From: Oscillospiraceae bacterium
GTDB lineage: Bacteria; Bacillota; Clostridia; Oscillospirales; CAG-382
Length of the DNA: 55,584 nt
Assembly: GCA_015065225.1 (NCBI GenBank)
Contig: SVQR01000002.1
Span: forward strand, 1 to 55,584
Reading direction: 5' to 3'
Shown: one piece after another, positions 48,270 to 55,584 of the stretch
Numbering within the stretch: position 1 is the first letter of the stretch
Layout: each line of letters begins with the position of its first letter
Made by a program: the position numbers and the translations under genes
Notes under the pieces: model-generated
What the model saw: only the letters and a program-made list of their open reading frames with translations
Database searches by the model: none
What the model was told of the DNA's origin: nothing

Positions 48270-49166
48270 TCAGCACTTTGCCGCACCGATGATACCGATG
48301 TCATTCTTAAGCTCGGACGTTGCAACGATGACATTTTTGTTGCCCATTTTTTCACGGATGGGATCTGTCATATACTTACCCTCGTTGGAGATAGCACCGC
48401 CGAGAACTATAACATCCGGTCTGAATATCTGATATATGCTCTTGAGTCCTGTCGTGATATACTCAAGATATGTATCAACGACCTTTGCCGCTACGGGACA
48501 TCCCTCACGCATGGAATCAAAGGATGTGCGTCCGGATACTTTGCCTGCCTTTGCGGCATTTTTTGCCATAAGACAATCGGGATTCTGCTCTATCGCTTCC
48601 CTTGTCTGACGGATAAGAGCCGTAACGGAAGCATATGCCTCGAAGCATCCGAGCTCAGTGCAGCCGCATTTAACACCGTCAAAATTGATGATCATGTGAC
48701 CTATTTCCCCCGCATCTCCTCTTGTGCCGAGGTAGGGTTTGCCGTCAATTATGATACCGCCGCCTACTCCTGTTCCGAGAGTTACGAGGATGATATTTTT
48801 ATACTTTCTTCCGTAGCCCGCATAAAGCTCGCCGAGCATAGCACAGTTGGCATCGTTGCCTATCCTTGCCGGAATACCTGTAGCTTCCGTAATCATAGGA
48901 CAGATGGGAGTGTTTTTAAAATTAATATTTGCCGCACCCGTGATAATACCGTTCTCGCTGTCTATTCCTCCGGGAGAGCCTATGCCGATCTTGTCTATAT
49001 CCGGATACTTTGCAAGTATCTTCTTACATTCCGTGATAATATCCGCAACTATCTCATTGCCTTCTCTTTTTGCACCTGTCGGGATATCCGACTTATATAT
49101 TATCTCAAGTCCGTCAACAACACCGAATTTTACGTTTGTACCGCCAATATCTATTCCGAGTTCCAT
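48270..49166 (-). CDS. glcK: ROK-family glucokinase
   Basis: ATG at 49166, after AAGGTG (the track start at 49175 is a GTG). GIDIGGTNVKFG. ROK zinc motif CGCTELGCFEAYAS. Confidence 0.8.
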   Translation of the reverse strand: MELGIDIGGTNVKFGVVDGLEIIYKSDIPTGAKREGNEIVADIITECKKILAKYPDIDKIGIGSPGGIDSENGIITGAANINFKNTPICPMITEATGIPARIGNDANCAMLGELYAGYGRKYKNIILVTLGTGVGGGIIIDGKPYLGTRGDAGEIGHMIINFDGVKCGCTELGCFEAYASVTALIRQTREAIEQNPDCLMAKNAAKAGKVSGRTSFDSMREGCPVAAKVVDTYLEYITTGLKSIYQIFRPDVIVLGGAISNEGKYMTDPIREKMGNKNVIVATSELKNDIGIIGAAKC

Positions 49167-49281
49167 AAATTTCACCTTAATTACACATTTTTATTATATT
49201 TTACCATAAAAATACGATTTCATCAAGGTACTTTCTTTCACATTACTGACACTTTATTGCTGTATTCTGACATATTTTTGC

Positions 49282-49977
49282 TCAATCAGATATTTTCATA
49301 TTCGGTACAACGGGGATCCGCTTCTTTATACCGAGCGAATCCTCCGATACAAAACAGTCAAAAGCACATATCTCGACACCGCTTTCCGAAGCTTTTATAA
49401 GCGACTCGGCAAATTCGTCACCGACAGCTCTGTTGGGCGAGAAAGCAAGCTTATCCTCCGAATCCGCCGCGATGATAAAAAACACTTTTGCAAAATATCC
49501 TTCCTTTACACATTCGCAAAGCTCGCCGAGATGTTTTATGCCCCTTTCTGTCGGAGCATCGGGAAAAAGTGCTCTGCCGTCAAGAAAAAGAGTCACACCC
49601 TTGACCTCGATAAAGCCTTTTTCATCACCGTTCTCCACATAGAAGTCAAACCGAGAATTGCCGAATCTTTGCTCGGCAACGACCTTGCCGTCAGGGTATA
49701 TCTTTTTAAGATACTCCCCTGTCGCAAGATTCGGAGCAAAGCTGTCTATATTGATAATCTTTCCGTCTTTTACGACAGCTATCAGATCGTATTTCGTCTT
49801 TCTTGCGGGATTGTCGCTAACCTCGACATATACTTCAGCACCGGGAACAAGCAGTTCGCGAAGTCTTCCGGTATTCTTGACATGACAGTCCTCTTTTTTG
49901 CCGTCAATGATGATCTCGCATATAAATCTGTTCCTGCGGACAACAAACACCGCTTTTCTTACATTATTGTACTTCAT
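49282..49977 (-). CDS. sfsA: Sugar fermentation stimulation protein SfsA
   Basis: ATG at 49977 (MKYNNVRKAVFVVRRNRFICE...HVKNTGRLRELLVPG). The track ORF is extended into the upstream gene. Confidence 0.8.
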   Translation of the reverse strand: MKYNNVRKAVFVVRRNRFICEIIIDGKKEDCHVKNTGRLRELLVPGAEVYVEVSDNPARKTKYDLIAVVKDGKIINIDSFAPNLATGEYLKKIYPDGKVVAEQRFGNSRFDFYVENGDEKGFIEVKGVTLFLDGRALFPDAPTERGIKHLGELCECVKEGYFAKVFFIIAADSEDKLAFSPNRAVGDEFAESLIKASESGVEICAFDCFVSEDSLGIKKRIPVVPNMKISD

Positions 49978-49984
49978 GATGATC

Positions 49985-50599
49985 TCATTTCTTTTTGCAG
50001 ATATAAATACCGTAAGATATCGCAATTATCGCATAAGGTATCAAGAGGATCAGACAAACTATGGTTGCCATCGGCGGGAAGAACAGACTTACAAGGAAAA
50101 GAATTCCCATTATGACCGTCTCAAACCCGATAAAACGGTTGATTATGCGTGCTTTTTCGGTATTGATATCATAGTTTTTGATATAATCAAATTTTGGCAG
50201 ATAATTACCGATGACTATAAGTATGACACCAACAATCATCGTTACGCAAATACGGATATCAAGCTTCACGCCGAGAGCATAGATATATGTCACCGCACAG
50301 AGCAAAACGGACATGATGGGAATTATCCACTTTGTGGCACGCTCTAACTTCACTCTTTCACCGTGTTTTGCGGCATTTATGTCGTTTATAACACAGCATA
50401 TCGCCTGAAGCACCACCATGAAGATCGGCAGACCGAACACGGCGAACCATTTTGGAGCGAAGTTGTCGGGATTGTTGTACATATCAAAGTGTATCGGTAC
50501 ACTGTCGGGAAGCTTATTCCACAGGATGAGTCCCGCAATTATCGGCAAAAGGCACACTATTGATGTTATAAAGAATATCTTTTTCTTAAAAAATCTCAT
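49985..50599 (-). CDS. SdpI/YhfL-like membrane protein (DUF1648-type N-terminus)
   Basis: ATG at 50599 overlaps the ArsR stop (ATGA), after GGAGGTGG. About 204 aa, 5-6 TM helices. Paired with an ArsR/SdpR-like regulator. Confidence 0.6.
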   Translation of the reverse strand: MRFFKKKIFFITSIVCLLPIIAGLILWNKLPDSVPIHFDMYNNPDNFAPKWFAVFGLPIFMVVLQAICCVINDINAAKHGERVKLERATKWIIPIMSVLLCAVTYIYALGVKLDIRICVTMIVGVILIVIGNYLPKFDYIKNYDINTEKARIINRFIGFETVIMGILFLVSLFFPPMATIVCLILLIPYAIIAISYGIYICKKK

Positions 50600-50865
50600 T
50601 TTGTTCCACCTCCGAAATCGTAGATCCAAGCCAGCAATTCTTCAAACACCGAAGCATTGAGGCTGTAGTATATGTAGTTCTTGTATTTTTCCTCGGCGAT
50701 AAGGTCGGCACTTTTCAGCTTTGCAAGATGATAAGACACCGTTGCGCCCGTGAGGTTAAAGTGTTCGCCTATCTCGCCCGCGCTTTTTCGTCCGCCCCTG
50801 AGCATCTGCAGAATGTCACGTCGGACAGGGTCGGCGAGGGCTTTCATTGTTTCGTTGAGTCCCAT
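50596..50865 (-). CDS. ArsR/SmtB-family (SdpR-like) winged-helix repressor
   Basis: 89 aa. LADPVRRDILQML...SAGEIGEHFNLTGATVSYHLAKLK. SD AAGGAGG. Confidence 0.85.
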   Translation of the reverse strand: MGLNETMKALADPVRRDILQMLRGGRKSAGEIGEHFNLTGATVSYHLAKLKSADLIAEEKYKNYIYYSLNASVFEELLAWIYDFGGGTK

Positions 50866-50889
50866 GTGGGATGCCTCCTTTTCGGTATT

Positions 50890-50963
50890 TAGATAATTAT
50901 CTAATTAGAGTATAGCATATATGTTTTGATTTGTCAAGGGGTATTTAGAAAAAAGTCTAAATA
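50890..50963 (-). promoter_or_regulatory. ArsR-operon promoter flanked by two palindromic operator candidates
   Basis: Minus strand: TTGACA (50937-50932), 17-nt spacer, TATACT (50914-50909). Perfect 14-bp palindrome TAGATAATTATCTA (50890-50903) just downstream. TATTTAGA-N6-TCTAAATA (50942-50963) just upstream. The two share a TTAGA/TCTAA half-site. Confidence 0.6.
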
Positions 50964-51157
50964 GTTTGCATTTGCAATTCTTCCACAGTTCCTACAAAAA
51001 CCGATATGTGCTTAAAAATGTTCAAATCTCAATCAGCAGGCATATCAAAAATCTCAATTTTAGTCGTTTTGTGCTAATAATTCCCCTTTTATCCATTTAC
51101 AAACTCCAAAATATATATTAAAATAATCTCATAACAAAGTGAAAGGACATCAGAAAA

Positions 51158-54100
51158 ATGACCAATACTTTCAAGAATCCGAATCAGATATACAAAGGCA
51201 CCGACTTCTGGATGCTCAACGGCAGAATTGAAGCCAACGAGCTTATAGCACAGATAGACAAAATGTATGAACAGGGCGTGCGCTCATTCATTGAACGTAC
51301 TTATATCGGTCTTCGCTCCGACTATCCCGGCGAGGACTTCCACAGAAAAACAAGGATAATCCTTGAGAGAGCTACAGAGCTCGGCATGACGGTTTTCCTT
51401 CAGGCAGGCTATATGCCGGAGGCGGTGCTTGATCTTCCGAGACACTTTGCTCTTGATTATCTTTATTCAAAGACTCCGGGTAATGTTGCCGAGGGTGAGA
51501 CTCTTATAAAGCATACCGACAGCATTGATATTGTTATGAAAAACTCCGTTACCTTCCTTAATATGTTCAATGAGGATGCGGTAAAGTTCTACATAAAGCA
51601 GAGCTACCAGGATATGTGGCAGGAATTCCGTGAATATTTCGGCAATACCGTTGAATCCATTTGGGTTGACGAGCCCAGCTACAATATGGCATATCTCCCC
51701 TGGTCTGCGGATATGCGTGATATTTTCATAAAGCGTTACGGATATGACCTCTTTGACAGAGCAAATCTTCTGTTTGAAGATGCGGAAGGATATGAAAAGG
51801 TACGTTACGACTACTGGACAATGGTTGAAGACAGACTTGCCGAGTGCTATTTCTCCATGATACGTCAGTGGTGCAACGAGAACGGTCTCAAATTCTCCGG
51901 TCACCTTATGATGGAGGATAATCTCCGTTCACAGATAAGCCGTGCCTGTGCGACAATGCCCTATTACCGTTTCTTTGATATTCCCGGCATTGACAAGCTC
52001 TGCGGTGAGATGAACTGGCGTTATGATGAGCTGAAGATCAACGGTCCTTGCTATAAGCGCATGGACATGGATATCACAACTCCCATACAGTGCTGTTCAG
52101 CTGCACGTCAGAACGGCCAGGAGCATATACTTGCGGAGATGTACGGCGTTACAAGCAACAACTTCAATTTCCGTGATATGAAGCATATGTTTGACCACTA
52201 TGCCGCTTTCGGTATCAATCACAGAAGCGTTCACGGTATATTCTATTCTCTCCACGGCAGAGGAAAGCGCGCTTATCCCGTATCCACAAATTACTATCAG
52301 CCCTATTTTGACAAGTATAACATTATGACGGACTACACGGCACGTGCAAGCTGGTTCATATCTCAGGGCGAGCCTTGCAGAAACATACTTGTCGTGCATC
52401 CGCTTGAAAGTGCATATATGTACTACAAGGGATACAAAGACGGCAAAGCACAGTCCATGCCCGAGCTCAAGCTCCTTGACGACAGATTCTACGATACTCT
52501 CCACAGCTTTACCTTTGATAAGGTTGAATTCGATCTGGGTGATGAGATGTCCATCCGTGACTTTGCAAAGACGGAAAACGGTATTTTCACGCTCGGCAAG
52601 ATGAATTATGATACGGTGGTACTTCCCTATCTTGTAAGCCTCAGAAGCTCTACTGTCACACTTCTTGAAAGATTTGCAAACGAGGGTGGAAAAATAGTTA
52701 TTCTCGGTAAGGCTCCGACACTTATCAACGGCGAAGCAGCGGATATTGCGGAAAGAATAGCATCTCTTCCCGGTGTAATATTCTGCGAAACTCCACAGGA
52801 TGCGGTACAGATATTCGAACGCAATGATTCATATGTACTTGACTTTGACAATGACGGTTCTGCCGTGATAGTAAATCACAGACGCGATGCCGACGGCAAG
52901 GATTGGTTCTTTATTGTCACGGATGAATGTGCGAAAAAGACAAAGTGCAATATCACATTCAAAGATACAAGAAAAATCTCCGTTTATAATGCGGAAAACG
53001 GTGAGATAACAGAAGCCGAGACATCCTTGCGTAATAACGGCACGCTGTTTGAATTCACTCTCCACGAGGGAGCAAGCATAATGCTTACCGCAGAAAAATG
53101 TGAAAGTGCAACGGTATACGGCAAGAATCCCGTACCTTCCGCAAAGAGCATAGTAAGTCTTGACGGCGGAAAATGGGATGTGACAACTCATCAACCCAAC
53201 GCACTGGTACTTGAATATGCACATTATAAAAAAGGCGACGGTGAATATACGAGAGATTATCCCATACTTGCCATCCACGATATACTTGTCGGCGAGGACT
53301 ATCACGGCAAGCTAACTCTTAAATTCGTATTCCGCACAGACAAAGCATTTAAAGGATTATCGCTTGCTCTGGAGGATGCTGATAAGCAGGAAATATTCTT
53401 CAACGGTGTAAAAGCAGACAAATATGACGGCAAGAGCTACTATATGAGCCGCGACTTCCACGTTGTGGATCTTCCGGATGTCTGCCGTGAAGGCGAAAAT
53501 ATAATAGAAGTCACAAGAGATTATGCACCGCTTGCAAAATTCAAGAGCTCTATCACATCCCTTTTCGAGAGTCTCGGAGGTGTGGAGCTTGAGCAGATGT
53601 ATCTTCTCGGAGACTTCGCGGTAAGATCAAAGACCGAATACACAAGAAACGGACTTACACGCTTCTCAAGGAACTTTATCCTCACAGACAGCCAAAAGAC
53701 AGCCTCGGAGGATCTCCTTGTATCGGGACTTCCCTTCTATGCGGGAACTGTCGAGCTTCGTAAAACCGTAAATGTATCCACAGCGGATGCGGACAAAAAA
53801 GCAATTCTCAACGTCGGTGAATTCCACGGCTGTGTTGCGGAAGTATATGCAAACGGCATCTTCTGCGGTAACATAATGTGGTTCCCCTACAGTGCTGACC
53901 TTACGGGAAATCTTCATGAGGGCGAAAATGAGATAGTGATAAAGCTCACCGGTACAATGAGAAATCTTCTCGGACCGTCACACAGACCTTGCGGAGATGT
54001 GGGACAGCTCTGGGCAGGATACTCCAATCCCAACGGTGCATGGCTCGGACACAATCCTGCGGATCCCGACAGAATATGGTATGAGGACAGAGCTTCGGAT

Positions 54101-54172
54101 ACGGATAAATGGTCTGACAGCTACTTCCTTGCAGGATTCGGCATCAATGATGTTACTGTAACATTTGAATAA
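51158..54172 (+). CDS. Large glycoside-hydrolase-like protein (GH106-like: N-terminal barrel plus C-terminal jelly-roll / galactose-binding-like domains); family uncertain
   Basis: 1004 aa with no signal peptide. The N-terminus (GTDFWMLNGRIEANELIAQIDKMYEQGVRSFIERTY) resembles the FW-x-WNG...E-x-GxxGF start of that family, recalled from memory only. SD GAAAGGA. Confidence 0.45.
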   Translation: MTNTFKNPNQIYKGTDFWMLNGRIEANELIAQIDKMYEQGVRSFIERTYIGLRSDYPGEDFHRKTRIILERATELGMTVFLQAGYMPEAVLDLPRHFALDYLYSKTPGNVAEGETLIKHTDSIDIVMKNSVTFLNMFNEDAVKFYIKQSYQDMWQEFREYFGNTVESIWVDEPSYNMAYLPWSADMRDIFIKRYGYDLFDRANLLFEDAEGYEKVRYDYWTMVEDRLAECYFSMIRQWCNENGLKFSGHLMMEDNLRSQISRACATMPYYRFFDIPGIDKLCGEMNWRYDELKINGPCYKRMDMDITTPIQCCSAARQNGQEHILAEMYGVTSNNFNFRDMKHMFDHYAAFGINHRSVHGIFYSLHGRGKRAYPVSTNYYQPYFDKYNIMTDYTARASWFISQGEPCRNILVVHPLESAYMYYKGYKDGKAQSMPELKLLDDRFYDTLHSFTFDKVEFDLGDEMSIRDFAKTENGIFTLGKMNYDTVVLPYLVSLRSSTVTLLERFANEGGKIVILGKAPTLINGEAADIAERIASLPGVIFCETPQDAVQIFERNDSYVLDFDNDGSAVIVNHRRDADGKDWFFIVTDECAKKTKCNITFKDTRKISVYNAENGEITEAETSLRNNGTLFEFTLHEGASIMLTAEKCESATVYGKNPVPSAKSIVSLDGGKWDVTTHQPNALVLEYAHYKKGDGEYTRDYPILAIHDILVGEDYHGKLTLKFVFRTDKAFKGLSLALEDADKQEIFFNGVKADKYDGKSYYMSRDFHVVDLPDVCREGENIIEVTRDYAPLAKFKSSITSLFESLGGVELEQMYLLGDFAVRSKTEYTRNGLTRFSRNFILTDSQKTASEDLLVSGLPFYAGTVELRKTVNVSTADADKKAILNVGEFHGCVAEVYANGIFCGNIMWFPYSADLTGNLHEGENEIVIKLTGTMRNLLGPSHRPCGDVGQLWAGYSNPNGAWLGHNPADPDRIWYEDRASDTDKWSDSYFLAGFGINDVTVTFE

Positions 54173-54180
54173 ACAATCAA

Positions 54181-54208
54181 GAGCTCGGCGGAAAACCGGG
54201 CTCTTTTT
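54181..54208 (+). terminator. Rho-independent terminator of the large GH-like gene
   Basis: 8-bp stem gagctcgg/ccgggctc (one G-U pair), loop cggaaaa, then TTTTT. Confidence 0.75.
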
Positions 54209-54230
54209 GCTGTGTTGATATTTTAAATTT

Positions 54231-54754
54231 GGGTTTGGCGGGGAGGCCCCCGCAGGCGGACTCGCGCACCGAGGTTTGGTTGACGTTCGGGCTTTTGTTC
54301 CCGCGATGTACCCCGTCCGACCGCCATAGGCGCAAGCGGTCGAACTTCTTCGTATATTGGATGCTGTGCAAATGGCAATGGCATTCCGTTGTACGTCGGT
54401 CAACCAACGACCGACGCACAAGGCATGGTGATTGTTGTGCTTCAAATTTATATTTATCGGTGTGATGTAAATTTCAAACAACGTACAAATCTGTAAGGGC
54501 GGGGCTCTACTCCGCCCGTAACCTCGACGATTGATCAACATCGGGAGGAGCAGAGCCCCTCCCCTACAGTTTTTCTGCAAATACGCAGAGGCATTGTCCC
54601 CTACAATGTTGTTTACAACACACCGTCGCCCCCCGAATTTGAAGGAGTTTGCCGCCGTGGGTTGGCGGTAAACGGGGAACATCGCGGGAACTAAAGCCGA
54701 GCGTCAGCCAAACCTCAGTGCGCGAGTCTGCCTGTCGGGGCTTCCCGACAAACA
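54231..54754. mobile_element. 524-bp GC-rich non-coding foldback element: MITE-like, or a large structured RNA (unresolved)
   Basis: Left arm 54231-54316 and right arm 54672-54754 are inverted repeats, roughly 85% matching by eye. TAAATTT flanks both ends (54224-54230, 54755-54761). The interior is packed with GC hairpins. There is no credible ORF. Composition contrasts sharply with the AT-rich flanks. Confidence 0.5.
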
Positions 54755-54784
54755 TAAATTTAAAGAGTAGCTTCCTCGCACACC

Positions 54785-55584
54785 TTACAAATTCTTCGCA
54801 ATTATCTTTGTCAGATTCTCCGCCATCTCCATAACTCCGTCGGGATTGGGATGTACAAGTCCGGAAGAAAGCTTTGCGGGAGTTTTAAGTACCGTCTTAC
54901 CGTTAACGTGAATGACATTCGGAAGTGCAAGCTCATCCGTTACTCTCTTTACTATATCACGGAACATCTCTGCTCTGCCGTCTCCGATTATGTCGCTTCT
55001 GCAATAATAAACATCTATCGCAAATATCTTGGAATCCGGATGTGCTTCCGCTATTGTCTTTACGAAATAACGCACTCTGCTTTCAAAATCATCCGGATCT
55101 ATACCGAGAATGTTTATGCCCATCTCAAGTGTCGCAAAATCAAACTCGCAATTGTGTGCGATATAGTCCGCCATCTCACGTTCAAGGCAGGCAGAGCCGG
55201 CAAAGCCGAAGTTCCATGCGTCCGCACCGAGGTTTGCCGCAACTCTCTCAACATAATTGTAGTACGGGTGAAGCGAAATGCTTCCGTGAGTAATTGACGA
55301 GCCGTAGGAAAGATACTTTTTCTCAGGGCACATATCCGCTGTCGGAAGGCTTATATCACCCTCGACACCCACTATCTGCGGTCTTACACCTCTTACAACA
55401 AGCCTTACCACATCGGGAGAAAATCTGTGACAGTACTCCTTGGCGATCTTTCTCATGTGCTCTATGTTATTACTCGGTATTATTGTAACCTCACATTCTC
55501 CCGCAAGCACCTTTGTGGTCTCCGGCCAATCGGCAACAAATTCACCGTAGTAAACGGTTATCTCACCTCTTACCCCTTCATCAT
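54785..55584 (-). CDS. SGNH/GDSL-family esterase, 5'-partial (N-terminus lies beyond the window)
   Basis: The frame stays open to the window edge (…DEGVRGEITVYYGEFVADWPETTKVLAGECEV…). SGNH block I YGSSITHGS. C-terminal GLVHPNPDG. Confidence 0.7.
   Translation of the reverse strand, partial: DEGVRGEITVYYGEFVADWPETTKVLAGECEVTIIPSNNIEHMRKIAKEYCHRFSPDVVRLVVRGVRPQIVGVEGDISLPTADMCPEKKYLSYGSSITHGSISLHPYYNYVERVAANLGADAWNFGFAGSACLEREMADYIAHNCEFDFATLEMGINILGIDPDDFESRVRYFVKTIAEAHPDSKIFAIDVYYCRSDIIGDGRAEMFRDIVKRVTDELALPNVIHVNGKTVLKTPAKLSSGLVHPNPDGVMEMAENLTKIIAKNL

Noticed and set aside
48009-49400. A 463-aa plus-strand ORF, the longest unassigned ORF in the track.
   Set aside because: It runs antisense across three well-supported minus-strand genes (pentapeptide protein, ROK glucokinase, sfsA). 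It has no SD, a Cys/Ile/Phe/Arg-skewed composition and no recognisable motif. This is a typical shadow ORF.
54231-54754. Whether the GC-rich element is a housekeeping RNA (tmRNA, RNase P RNA, SRP/4.5S RNA, 6S) or a group II intron.
   Set aside because: I could not find the hallmark sequences: the tRNA-like GGGG...CCACCA ends and tag reading frame of tmRNA, the RNase P GGAAAGUCCGG core, the SRP domain IV motif, or an intron domain V with a reverse-transcriptase ORF. This is by-eye exclusion only. A covariance-model scan is still needed.
54229-54755. ORFs 54229-54465 (+) and 54564-54755 (-), which share the peptide QADSRTEVWLT.
   Set aside because: The shared peptide is just the two terminal inverted repeats translated on opposite strands. 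There is no SD. The sequences are Arg/Cys-rich and low-complexity, as expected for GC-rich non-coding DNA.

Overview
The window reads as a core chromosomal segment of a low-to-mid GC Gram-positive anaerobe, Clostridia-like by gene content and synteny. I ran no homology search. Product calls rest on motifs read in the supplied translations, and promoter, terminator and repeat coordinates were read by eye.

Gene content, left to right:
- A PrsA-like lipoprotein.
- A cell-envelope O-acylation cluster: an MBOAT enzyme flanked by two DltD/AlgJ-like proteins fused to leucine-rich repeats (LRR), running straight into proBA.
- An MBL-fold hydrolase.
- A two-gene module of the benzoyl-CoA reductase / 2-hydroxyacyl-CoA dehydratase (BCR/HAD) family, resembling the anaerobic plasmalogen synthase.
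- A complete minus-strand glycogen operon: glgB-glgC-glgD-glgA-glgP, a GH13 enzyme and a tiny hydrophobic ORF.
- pfkA, divergent from a DeoR regulator.
- The conserved block methyltransferase-hslO-miaB-ymcA/ylbF-mutS-mutL-tgt-yajC.
- thpR.
- An AraC regulator translationally coupled to a Tet(M)/Tet(O)-like ribosomal-protection GTPase.
- Carbohydrate-active genes: a GH36-like enzyme, a CE4 deacetylase, a large GH106-like protein and a partial SGNH esterase.
- An EamA transporter, an HPr-like protein, a pentapeptide-repeat protein, ROK glucokinase, sfsA and an SdpR/SdpI-like pair.

I saw no rRNA, tRNA, CRISPR array, transposase or phage genes.

Non-coding observations most worth follow-up:
1. 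A 524-bp GC-rich foldback element at 54231-54754. It has terminal inverted repeats of about 85 nt, TAAATTT on both flanks, and many internal GC hairpins, including two with complementary loops. It is either a MITE-like element or a large structured RNA.
2. A small repeat family in three copies bracketing mutS. Each copy has a hairpin with a conserved CGAAG core (GAA loop closed by C-G; the full GCGAAGC heptamer in two copies) next to a CCCTA-rich tract. The stems show compensatory changes between copies.
3. A tandem array of 3.5 units of about 134 bp. Each unit duplicates the 3' end of the EamA gene, a TTGACA promoter and an 11-bp hairpin. The array ends in a terminator hairpin whose apical loop is the TATAAT box of the downstream deacetylase promoter.
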